Part shown: positions 1 through 8,422 of the stretch, one piece after another
How positions within the stretch are numbered: the first letter of the stretch is position 1
How the letters are laid out: each line of letters begins with the position of its first letter
Source of the DNA: Longimicrobiales bacterium
GTDB lineage: Bacteria > Gemmatimonadota > Gemmatimonadetes > Longimicrobiales > Gaopeijiaceae
Length of the DNA stretch: 64,000 nucleotides
Direction of reading: 5' to 3'
Assembly: GCA_965202805.1 (NCBI GenBank)
Contig: OZ241869.1
Coordinates: 96,001-160,000, forward strand
Notes under the pieces: model-generated
Database searches by the model: none
Told to the model about the DNA's origin: nothing
The model's input: only the letters and a program-made list of their open reading frames with translations
Made by a program: the position numbers and the translations under genes

Positions 1-943
1 CGGCCCCGATGACCCCCACTATTTCCACCGCACCCGCGGCGCCGGCTTCGGCAACGCCGACGTGATCGTGATCGTGGGCACCCCGTTCGACTTCCGCATG
101 GGCTACGGCAAGCGCCTGCCCGCGGGCGCCACGGTGGTGCAGATCGACCTCGACTACCGCACGGTGGGCAAGAACCGCGACGTCGACCTGGGTCTCGTGG
201 GCCATCCGGGCGCCATCATGGAGGCCGTGCTCGCAGAGGCCAGCTCCAACCTCGGGGACGGCCCGGCCCGCCGCCTCGGCTGGATGAAGCATCTGCGCGA
301 GATCGAGGAGCAGAAGACCGAGAAGCTGATGCCGCTCTTCCTCTCCGACGCCAACCCCATCCACCCCTACCGGGTGGCGTGGGAGCTGAACGAGTTCCTC
401 ACCGAGGACACCGTCTACATCGGCGACGGCGGCGACGTCGTGACCATCAGCGCGCAGGCGGTCAAGCCGCGCGCGCCGGGCAACTGGATGGATCCGGGCG
501 CCCTGGGCGGGCTGGGCGTGGGCACCGGTTTCGCCATGGCGGCCAAGCTGGCGCATCCGAACAAGGAAATCCTCTGCTACTACGGCGACGGCTCCTTCGG
601 CATGACCGCCTTCGACATGGAGACCTGCAACCGCTTCGGCGCGCCCTACATCGCCGTCATCGGCAACAACTCGGCGATGAACCAGATCCGCTACGGGCAG
701 CTGGCCAAGTACGGGCAGGAGCGCGGCAACGTGGGCAACCTGCTGGGCGACGTGCCCTTCTCGAAGTTCGCCGAGATGCTGGGCGGATACGGCGAGGAGG
801 TGCGAGATCCCGGCCGGATCCAGCCGGCGCTGCAGCGGGCGCGCGAGTCGGTGCGCAGCAGCGGCAAGTCGGCCGTCATCAACATCTGGGTGGATCCCGG
901 CGAATGGGCGCCGGGCACCAAGCGCCAGACCATGTACAAGTGA
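1..943 (+). CDS. ThDP-dependent enzyme, oxalyl-CoA decarboxylase / 2-hydroxyacyl-CoA lyase-like (5'-partial)
   Basis: ThDP motif GDGSFG...NNSAMN; WMDPGALGGLGVG; directly upstream of frc; begins before the window. Confidence 0.8.
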   Translation, partial: GPDDPHYFHRTRGAGFGNADVIVIVGTPFDFRMGYGKRLPAGATVVQIDLDYRTVGKNRDVDLGLVGHPGAIMEAVLAEASSNLGDGPARRLGWMKHLREIEEQKTEKLMPLFLSDANPIHPYRVAWELNEFLTEDTVYIGDGGDVVTISAQAVKPRAPGNWMDPGALGGLGVGTGFAMAAKLAHPNKEILCYYGDGSFGMTAFDMETCNRFGAPYIAVIGNNSAMNQIRYGQLAKYGQERGNVGNLLGDVPFSKFAEMLGGYGEEVRDPGRIQPALQRARESVRSSGKSAVINIWVDPGEWAPGTKRQTMYK

Positions 944-1067
944 GGACAAACGTTCGGCACGGATGGAATCCGCCGGCCTTCGGGGGAGTTGATGCCCGAA
1001 AGGGTCGCGAGCACATGCCCGGCCGCTTCCCGCTTCACCATCCATACGACCCATCGGAGCATTCCGC

Positions 1068-2312
1068 ATGAGCAAAGCACTCAACGGCATCCGCATCCTG
1101 GACATGACCCACGTCCAGGCAGGCCCCACCTCCAGCCAGTTGCTGGGGTTCATGGGCGCGGACGTGATCAAGCTGGAGTCGCCCTTCGGGGACGCCACCC
1201 GCAAGCAGCTGCGCGATGTGCCGGGGGCCGACAGCCTCTACTTCACCATGCTCAACTGCAACAAGCGCTCGATCACGGTGAACCTGAAGAACGAGCGCGG
1301 GAAGGAGGTCTTCACCCGGCTGGTGCAGGAGTGCGACGTGCTCATGGAGAACTTCGGGCCCGGGGTTCTGGACAGGCTCGGCTTCGGATGGGAGCGCGTG
1401 CACGAGATCAACCCGCGCATGGTGATGGCCTCCATCAAGGGCTTCGGCACCGAGGGCCCCTACGCCGCCTTCAAGGCCTACGAGAACATCGCCCAGGCGA
1501 TGGGCGGCTCGATGAGCACGACGGGCATGTTCGACGGATCCCCCGTCGTGACCGGAGCCCAGATCGGCGACTCGGGCACAGGAGTGCACCTGGCGCTGGG
1601 CATCCTCGCGGCGCTGCTCCATCGCGAGCAGACCGGGAAGGGGCAGTACGTCGAGTGCGCCATGATGGACTGCGTGATGAACCTGGTGCGGGTGAAGTGG
1701 CGCGACCACCAGCGCATCACGCGCGGGCCGCTGGCCGAGTACTCGATCCAGGAATTCGACGACTTCACCCCGCGCGCCGGCAACGACTCGGGCGGCGGGC
1801 AGCTGGGCAACTGCATCCACTGCAAGCCGGGCGGCATCAACGACTATCTCTATATCGTGGTGCAGGAACACGTCTGGGAGGCGCTCGCGACCCGGGTCGG
1901 GGGCGAGGAGCTGGTGAACGATCCGCGCTTCTCGGACATCGGCGTGCGGCGGCGGAACCAGGGCGAGATGTGGGACATCCTGAACGACTTCGCGAGCCGC
2001 TACACCAAGCGCGAGCTGATGGCGATTCTGAACGAGCTCAACGTGCCCTGCGGGCCCGTGATGAGCACCGCGGATCTGGCGGACGACGACCACGTGCGCG
2101 GGCGCGAGATGTATGTCGAACTCGACCACCCGGAGCGCGGGCCCTACTGGAACCTCGGCTGCCCGATCAAGCTCTCCGACTCGCCCGCGGTCATCACGCG
2201 CTCGCCCCTGCTGGGCGAACACACCGACGAGATCCTCGACGACGTGCTCGGCTACGGGGACGACGAGATCGCCGAAATGAAGGAAGCCGGGGCCTTCACC
2301 TTCAAGCGCTGA
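1068..2312 (+). CDS. frc: Formyl-CoA transferase (CoA-transferase family III)
   Basis: LDMTHVQAGP, YFTMLNCNKRS, catalytic Asp in QIGDSGTG, glycine loop GGGQ. Confidence 0.9.
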   Translation: MSKALNGIRILDMTHVQAGPTSSQLLGFMGADVIKLESPFGDATRKQLRDVPGADSLYFTMLNCNKRSITVNLKNERGKEVFTRLVQECDVLMENFGPGVLDRLGFGWERVHEINPRMVMASIKGFGTEGPYAAFKAYENIAQAMGGSMSTTGMFDGSPVVTGAQIGDSGTGVHLALGILAALLHREQTGKGQYVECAMMDCVMNLVRVKWRDHQRITRGPLAEYSIQEFDDFTPRAGNDSGGGQLGNCIHCKPGGINDYLYIVVQEHVWEALATRVGGEELVNDPRFSDIGVRRRNQGEMWDILNDFASRYTKRELMAILNELNVPCGPVMSTADLADDDHVRGREMYVELDHPERGPYWNLGCPIKLSDSPAVITRSPLLGEHTDEILDDVLGYGDDEIAEMKEAGAFTFKR

Positions 2313-2336
2313 GCCGACTGCAAGGAGTCCGGGACC

Positions 2337-3887
2337 ATGAACGACGCCACCACGCGATCCGCCTCTAACGCCGAGATCCTGGAGCGCCACGGAACCTGGT
2401 TCGGGCACCCCGCCGGGCTCTCCACCCTCTTCTTCACCGAGATGTGGGAGCGCTTCTCGTACTACGGGATGCGCGCGCTGCTCGCGCTCTACATGACCAC
2501 GGCCACGACGCACGTGATCATGCGGGGCGACGGATCCGAGGTCGCCAATCCCGGGATGGGGCTCGATGTGGGGACCGCGGCCGCCATCTACGGCCTTTAC
2601 ACGAGCCTCGTCTACATCATGGCGCTCCCCGGCGGCTGGGTGGCCGACAACCTCTGGGGGCAGCGCAAGGCGGTATGGGTGGGGGGCTGGATCATCGCCC
2701 TGGGCCACTTCACGATGGCGGTGCCGAGCACGTTCGCCTTCTTCCTGGGGCTCGTCTTCGTCGTCCTGGGAACGGGGCTGCTCAAGCCCAACGTCAGCAC
2801 CATCGTGGGGGAACTCTATCCCGAGGGAGGCGCGAGGCGGGACGCGGGGTTCTCCATCTTCTACATGGGGATCAACGTGGGGGCGTTGCTGGGGCCGCTC
2901 ATCACGAGCTTCCTCGCCGAGGGCTACAACTGGCACTGGGGCTTCGGGGCGGCCGGCGTGGGCATGGTGTTCGGGCTCATCCAGTACCGGAACCGAGCCC
3001 GCCTCCTGGGCGAGGCCGGGCTCCTGAAGACGGAGGATCGCCCCGCGCAGCTGGCGGCGAAGTCGCGCAGGTTCTTCGGCACCTTCTTCGCCGTCGTCGT
3101 GGGCGTCGTGGCCTTCGGCTACCTCGTGTCGACCGGGGTGATTCCGGCCACGCTGGCGCAGATTGCGACGGTGCTCGGCTACGGCGTGCTGATCATCATC
3201 GCGGCCTACTTCGTCTATCTGTGGACGGCGGGAGGCCACACGCGGGAGGAGAACCGCCGCCTGGGGGTGATCTTCTGGCTGTTCCTGCTGATCGCGGTGT
3301 TCTGGTCCGGCTTCGAACAGGCAGGGTCGTCGCTGAACCTCTTCGGGCGCGACTACACCGACCGCAACATCATGGGGTGGCTCATGCCGGCCGGCTTTCT
3401 CCAGTCGGTGAACTCCTTCTTCATCATCCTGCTCGCGCCCGTTTTCGGTTCGCTCTGGGTCTGGCTGGAGCGGCGCAACCGCAACCCGTCGATCCCCATG
3501 AAGGCGGCGATGGGGCTGGTGGGGCTGTCTATGGGGTTCTTCGTGCTGGCCTGGGGCGCCGCGAACGCCACGACCGACAACCTGGTGAGCCCCGCCTGGC
3601 TGGTGGTGACCTACTTCTTCCACACGGTGGGCGAGTTGTGTATCTCGCCCATCGGCCTGTCGGCCATCACGAAGCTGTCGCCCGTGAACCGGGTGGGTCA
3701 GATGATGGGGGTGTGGTTCGTGGGCGCGGCGCTGGGCAACCTGTTCGCCGGGCTGGTGGCCGGACAACTGGTGGACCTTGCTCCGGCGGCTCTCTTCCAG
3801 AACGTCGCGGTGACCATCGGTGTCGTCGGCATCGTGGGGTTGCTCGCGGCTCCGTGGGTCAAGCGGCTGACGGGGGGGAAGAGCTGA
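2337..3887 (+). CDS. POT/PTR family proton-dependent oligopeptide transporter
   Basis: EMWERFSYYGMR and FSIFYMGINVG motifs; GELCISPIGLS. Confidence 0.93.
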   Translation: MNDATTRSASNAEILERHGTWFGHPAGLSTLFFTEMWERFSYYGMRALLALYMTTATTHVIMRGDGSEVANPGMGLDVGTAAAIYGLYTSLVYIMALPGGWVADNLWGQRKAVWVGGWIIALGHFTMAVPSTFAFFLGLVFVVLGTGLLKPNVSTIVGELYPEGGARRDAGFSIFYMGINVGALLGPLITSFLAEGYNWHWGFGAAGVGMVFGLIQYRNRARLLGEAGLLKTEDRPAQLAAKSRRFFGTFFAVVVGVVAFGYLVSTGVIPATLAQIATVLGYGVLIIIAAYFVYLWTAGGHTREENRRLGVIFWLFLLIAVFWSGFEQAGSSLNLFGRDYTDRNIMGWLMPAGFLQSVNSFFIILLAPVFGSLWVWLERRNRNPSIPMKAAMGLVGLSMGFFVLAWGAANATTDNLVSPAWLVVTYFFHTVGELCISPIGLSAITKLSPVNRVGQMMGVWFVGAALGNLFAGLVAGQLVDLAPAALFQNVAVTIGVVGIVGLLAAPWVKRLTGGKS

Positions 3888-3931
3888 CATCATTGGCCGC
3901 TCTGCGGCATCCGACGGTTCGCAGCCCGTGA

Positions 3932-3951
3932 GCCTCCTCGCGGAGGCCTTT
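3932..3951 (+). terminator. Possible intrinsic terminator after oxc-frc-POT
   Basis: GCCTCC-TCGC-GGAGGC hairpin followed by CTTT (weak U-tract). Confidence 0.3.
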
Positions 3952-3982
3952 AAGGCATCTTGTTATTGTCTACGGATGATCT

Positions 3983-3995
3983 TAAGGTGACCTTA
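3983..3995. promoter_or_regulatory. Candidate autoregulatory operator of the Phd-VapC pair
   Basis: Palindrome TAAGGT-G-ACCTTA in an AT-richer stretch just upstream of the antitoxin. Confidence 0.45.
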
Positions 3996-4028
3996 TGCTG
4001 CTGACGGCCTGATGGAGGTATCCGAGCG

Positions 4029-4283
4029 ATGTCGAGCACGATCAACGTCAAGACGCTCCGGAACGAGATGGGGCGGATCATCGAGCGTGTCCGCAAGGGC
4101 GAGGATTTCACCGTGCTTTATCGCAGCCGCCCCGCGTTCCGGATCGTGCCGCTGAGCGGCGTCTTCACCCACGGCGTCGCCGAGGACGATTCGCTCTACC
4201 GGGCCGAGGCGGTTGGCAGATCTGACGACGGGTTGACGGCGGAGCATCACGACCGCTCGCTCTACGGGCGGCCGCGTGCCTGA
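4029..4283 (+). CDS. Phd/YefM family antitoxin
   Basis: INVKTLRNEMGRIIERVRKGEDFTVLYRSRP; RBS GGAGG; overlaps PIN toxin gene. Confidence 0.85.
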   Translation: MSSTINVKTLRNEMGRIIERVRKGEDFTVLYRSRPAFRIVPLSGVFTHGVAEDDSLYRAEAVGRSDDGLTAEHHDRSLYGRPRA

Positions 4284-4737
4284 TCGCACACTGTTCGTCG
4301 ACACGGCCGGGTGGATGGCCATGGCGGACGAGGCGGATCCCATGCACGAGGTGAGCCGGGGATCGCGTGACGCCTGGTTGCGGAGCGGAGGGAACCTCCT
4401 CTCCACCGACTATGTCATCGACGAGACCCTGACCCTGATTCGGATGCGGCTGGGGCTGCGCGCCGCGGCTCGCTGGTGGGAACAGATCGACGCCAGTTCC
4501 CGGCTTCGGTGGGAGTGGATCACTCCGTCGCGCGCCGGGAAGGCCAGGCGCTGGTTCTTCGACTGGAATGACAAGGCGTTCTCATTCACGGACTGTACCA
4601 GTTTTGTCGTCATGCAGGAGCTGCGCATCCAGACCGTCCTGACCACGGATCGCCACTTTGCGCAGGCGGGTTTCGATCCGCTACCCGGCCGATATCCGCC
4701 CGGCCGGAGCGGGACGCGCAGTCCACGGATGCCGTGA
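4276..4737 (+). CDS. vapC: VapC/PIN-domain toxin
   Basis: FVDTAGW, YVIDET, SFTDCTSF, TTDRHF acidic PIN motifs. Confidence 0.9.
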   Translation: MPDRTLFVDTAGWMAMADEADPMHEVSRGSRDAWLRSGGNLLSTDYVIDETLTLIRMRLGLRAAARWWEQIDASSRLRWEWITPSRAGKARRWFFDWNDKAFSFTDCTSFVVMQELRIQTVLTTDRHFAQAGFDPLPGRYPPGRSGTRSPRMP

Positions 4738-4795
4738 GGGCCGGCCTGCGGCTCGGGCACGGCCGAAATGCCCGATCCAGTGCCATTTTGTCAGG

Positions 4796-6277
4796 TTACG
4801 CCCCGAACAGCGGGATCTCGAACACCCGCGCGAAGATCAGCAGCACGCTCATGGCGGTGAACACGATCAGGCTGAACCAGCCGAACCAGCGGGCGAAGGT
4901 CGAGGGGTAGAAGGCGCGGTCCTCCTTCGGGATCACGACCAGGCAGTAGTAGAAGTTGAGGAAGAAGATCACCGGGGCGATGAAGAACGCCAGCGCCGAG
5001 GCGACCAGGACCAGGAAGACCGGGCGCGGCAGCCCTGCGATCACGGCCACCGAGCCGATCAGCGAGTAGATCATGGTGGCGCGGTACAGGTTGTACTCCG
5101 AGTACCAGCCCTTCTGCTTCCTGTCGATGCCCGCCGTGCGCGCGGTGCCCCGGAACAGGTTGCGGGCGCAGGCCCCGACGATGCGCGGCCAGCCGTCGAA
5201 GTAGTTGAAGGCGGTCGAAAACGTGGCCGCGAAGGCGCCGAACATGAACAGCCCCATCATGCCCGGGCCCACCGAGTTGGTGAAGATGCCCGCGATCTCG
5301 CCCATCACGGCCTGGCCCTCCACCGCGCTGGGGTAGAGCCACACCGCGGCGAGCAGCATGAACACGGCGGCCATCACGAACGACACCACGTGGCCGAGGC
5401 GGAAGTCCCAGAGGCCGATCTGGAACCAGCGCCGGCAGTACTCGCGCGCGTGCGCCGGGAGGCGGTCGGTGTGCACCGTCAGGTCGCTGAGGCGCGGCCA
5501 GAACGGATCGAACGAGCGCGCGATGCCCATCTCCTCCATGCGGTCGCGGATCCTGCTCATTCCCGCCTTCTTGGCCTTCCCCCACTCGGAGGCCTGGAGC
5601 GAGACGTCCATGCCGGTGGGGAGGAGGCCGAGGAAGGCGGCGATGACCAGCCAGGAGCCGTCGGGGATCTCGACCAGGAAGAAGGTGCCCATCTCGGAGA
5701 AGGGCGCGGGCTGGTAGAAGTAGACCGCCAGCGTGGACACCACCATGATGGCCGCGAGGATCTTGGCCGAGTTTTCCACGGCCTTGTAGCGCCCCATGAG
5801 CAGGATGCCCACCGACACCACGCCCAGCCCCACCGCCGCCCCGGTGAGGGTGACCGGCCAGCCCAGCACCTCGGAGCCCACGTAGTACACGACCGCGGCC
5901 GCCGCGATCAGCCGGCCCGCCTGCCCGATCGCGCACTGGATGAGCGTCGTCACCAGCACATACCAGAGCGGCCACTTCCAGCGCGCGGTCGCATAGGCCT
6001 CGATCAGGCTCTTGCCGGTGGCGTTGGTGAAGCGGAAGGCCATCTCGAAGCCGTAGTACTTGAAGATGTAGGCCACCGGAAGGCACCAGAGCAGCGCGTA
6101 CGCGAACCGGCCTCCCGCGGTGGGCGCGGTGACCAGGTGGCTGGTGCCGATCCCGGTCATCATCAGGATGATCCCCGGCCCGAAGTGGCGGAGCAGTCCG
6201 CGCACCGAGCGGTCCGGAAGCTCGAGCTGGTCGAATTCGGAGGATTCCGCCGGGGTGGGGCCGGGGTTCTGGGCCAT
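4796..6277 (-). CDS. Nramp-related (APC superfamily) membrane transporter
   Basis: ATG at 6277; GPGIILMMTGIGTSHLV...AGGRFAYALLW; many TM segments; lacks canonical DPGN. Confidence 0.75.
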   Translation of the reverse strand: MAQNPGPTPAESSEFDQLELPDRSVRGLLRHFGPGIILMMTGIGTSHLVTAPTAGGRFAYALLWCLPVAYIFKYYGFEMAFRFTNATGKSLIEAYATARWKWPLWYVLVTTLIQCAIGQAGRLIAAAAVVYYVGSEVLGWPVTLTGAAVGLGVVSVGILLMGRYKAVENSAKILAAIMVVSTLAVYFYQPAPFSEMGTFFLVEIPDGSWLVIAAFLGLLPTGMDVSLQASEWGKAKKAGMSRIRDRMEEMGIARSFDPFWPRLSDLTVHTDRLPAHAREYCRRWFQIGLWDFRLGHVVSFVMAAVFMLLAAVWLYPSAVEGQAVMGEIAGIFTNSVGPGMMGLFMFGAFAATFSTAFNYFDGWPRIVGACARNLFRGTARTAGIDRKQKGWYSEYNLYRATMIYSLIGSVAVIAGLPRPVFLVLVASALAFFIAPVIFFLNFYYCLVVIPKEDRAFYPSTFARWFGWFSLIVFTAMSVLLIFARVFEIPLFGA

Positions 6278-6433
6278 GGGTTTCTCCGCTAGGGGATGGA
6301 GGGCGTCCGCCGGGCATAATGGGAAGCGCGGGCAGGAACAGAAAGATTGGCGGGTGAGAACGCCTCGCTCACCGCGGCTGCGGTGATGAGCGGGCAGCCC
6401 GGAATCGGACCGGGCCATGGCTTCGGACGTGCT

Positions 6434-6465
6434 CCGGGCGGGATGCCGGGCGGGATGCCGGGCGG
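6434..6465. repeat. 12-bp tandem repeat, about 2.7 copies
   Basis: CCGGGCGGGATG x2 plus CCGGGCGG. Confidence 0.85.
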
Positions 6466-6497
6466 CTTTCCCGGGATCCGGCGAATGGGTTAGCTTC

Positions 6498-6554
6498 GGC
6501 CACCGGCCGCGACGAGGGCCACCGGCCGCGACGAGGGCCACCGGCCGCGACGAG
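6498..6554. repeat. 19-bp perfect tandem repeat x3
   Basis: GGCCACCGGCCGCGACGAG at 6498, 6517 and 6536. Confidence 0.95.
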
Positions 6555-6601
6555 GCCCCCGGTCCCGGCCTCTTCCAGACATCAACCGTTTGCCAGGTGC
6601 C

Positions 6602-7804
6602 ATGAGCGAACGTCCCCTGCTGATGATTCCCGGACCCATCGAGGTTTCCCCGGAAGTACTGCGTGCCTTCTCGATACCGCCGCCCGGGCACGGACAGCCC
6701 TTCGCGGTGAAGGCGTTCGGCGCCTCCCTGAGCGGGATGCGCGAGGTGTGGCGCGCGGGGGAGGGCGCACAGCCTTTTCTGATCGCGGGCAGCGGAACGC
6801 TGGCGATGGACATGGCGGCGGTGAACCTGCTCGATCCGGGCGACGAGGCCGTGCTCGTGGACACGGGCTATTTCGCCGACCGCATGCGGCTGGTGCTGGA
6901 GCACCGCGGAGTGAAGGTCCATGCGGTCGCCAGCCCGCCGGGCGAGCGGCCGGGGCTGGCGGAGGTGGAGGCCGCCCTGGACGCCTGCGCGGCGAAGGCG
7001 CTGTTCGCGACCCACGTCGACACCTCGACGGGCGTGCTCGTCGATCCGGCCGGCCTGGCGGCTCTCGCGCGCTCTCGCGGGGTGCTCTCCGTCTTCGACG
7101 GCGTTTGCGCCACCGGGGCCGAGGCCTTCGAGATGTCCGCATGGGGCGCCGACGTGTACTTCACCGCCTCGCAGAAGGCGATGGGACTCCCGCCCGGGCT
7201 CGCGCTCCTCGTCGCCGGCCCGCGCGCGATGGAGGCGAGCCGGACGCGCCGCACCCCCTGCCCCCTGTACCTCGACTGGAACGTCTGGCTGCCCATCATG
7301 GAGACCCATGAGGCGGGGAGCATGAGCTACTTCGCCACCCCGGCCACCAACCTGGTGGTCGCGGCCGAGGTCGCGCTGGGAGAGATCCTGTCCGATCGGC
7401 TGGACGGACTCGAGGGCGTGGACGCCCGCATCGAGCGCCATGCGCGCACGGGCAGGGCGATGCGCGCGGCCTGGGCGCGCATGGGGCTCGGCGTGGTCCC
7501 CGCCAGCGACGCCCACTGCGCGAATACGCTGAGCGCCGTCCGTTATCCCGAGGGGGTGGACGCCTCCCTGGTGGGGCGCATCGTCGAGCGGGGGGTGATC
7601 GTCGCGGCCGGCCTCCACCCCGCGATGGCCGACCAGTACTTCCGCGTGGGCCACATGGGCTACGTAACGACCCGGCCGGACCTGCTGGAGCGTACCATCC
7701 GCGCGGTGGGCGATGCCCTGGGGGCGAGCGGATGCGCGGTCGACACCGCCGGCGCGGTCGACGCAGCCATGGACGAACTCGGGTCGCGCGCGGTCGCCGT
7801 GTAG
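6602..7804 (+). CDS. Class V PLP aminotransferase (alanine-glyoxylate / serine-pyruvate type)
   Basis: LMIPGPIEV, GSGTLAM, HVDTSTGV, PLP lysine in TASQKA, FRVGHMG. Confidence 0.9.
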   Translation: MSERPLLMIPGPIEVSPEVLRAFSIPPPGHGQPFAVKAFGASLSGMREVWRAGEGAQPFLIAGSGTLAMDMAAVNLLDPGDEAVLVDTGYFADRMRLVLEHRGVKVHAVASPPGERPGLAEVEAALDACAAKALFATHVDTSTGVLVDPAGLAALARSRGVLSVFDGVCATGAEAFEMSAWGADVYFTASQKAMGLPPGLALLVAGPRAMEASRTRRTPCPLYLDWNVWLPIMETHEAGSMSYFATPATNLVVAAEVALGEILSDRLDGLEGVDARIERHARTGRAMRAAWARMGLGVVPASDAHCANTLSAVRYPEGVDASLVGRIVERGVIVAAGLHPAMADQYFRVGHMGYVTTRPDLLERTIRAVGDALGASGCAVDTAGAVDAAMDELGSRAVAV

Positions 7805-7963
7805 CCGCGTCCGACGCCGTCCGGGTGGCACGGTCGCCCGCCGGAATCCCCTGAACCGCATCCTCGCAACTCGCTACCTTCCCAGCCCGCCAGCCCCGCA
7901 ACGAGCCATCCGCCACCGCAAGCACCGGCTGCCACCGCAAGCCGCCAGCAAAGGAGACAACCC

Positions 7964-8422
7964 GTGGTCTACACCTCCCGCGTCCGCATCGAGCGCAAGG
8001 CGGGCCCGCTGCGCCATGCGCATCTGCCGGCCACTTCCGACCCCGTCCTGTTCGGGGTGCACAGCGAGATCGCCAGCCACTACGGCGTCGAGCCCGAGAC
8101 CCCGGTGGCCACCACCCTCGACTACATCGTGGCGGCGGCCGGGGGCTGACTCACGGGAACCCTTGGCGGCGCGCTGGAGGCGCGCGGGATACCGGCGGGG
8201 CAGGATCGCCTGACCTCCGAGGTCGAGGGAGGCATCGACAAGGAGGACGGGGTGCTCGTGATTCGCACCGTTCATGTGCGCTACCACCTGCGCATGGAGG
8301 CCGGAAAGGAAGAGCAGGCGCGGCGGGCGCACGAGGTTCACCATCCGTATTGCCCGGTCTACCGAACCATGGTCGGGTGCGTCGAGTTCTCCACCGAACT
8401 CGAAATCGAGACCGTGTCATGA
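7964..8422 (+). CDS. OsmC-family protein, probable selenoprotein (152 aa, Sec62 at UGA 8147-8149)
   Basis: RBS AAGGAG then GTG; frame stays open past UGA (AAAGG-U-LTGTLGGAL...HPYCPVYRT); real stop TGA 8420-8422 overlaps next ATG. Confidence 0.85.
8150..8190 (+). promoter_or_regulatory. Candidate bacterial SECIS element
   Basis: Stem GCGCGC(8169-74)/GCGCGC(8180-85), loop UGGAG, lower CCC(8160-62)/GGG(8186-88) pairing, directly 3' of the UGA. Confidence 0.65.

Noticed and set aside
1035..3893. Long antisense ORFs (also 27674-31708, 58458-61751, 15041-17680)
   Set aside because: Shadow ORFs of high-GC genes with no recognisable motifs.
7912..7942. GCCACCGCAAGC direct repeat upstream of OsmC
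   Set aside because: Only two copies in C-rich low-complexity sequence; no support for function.
8350..8418. ORF-track start of the sulfite oxidase at 8350
   Set aside because: It lies inside the OsmC readthrough region; ATG 8419 or a later start fits better.
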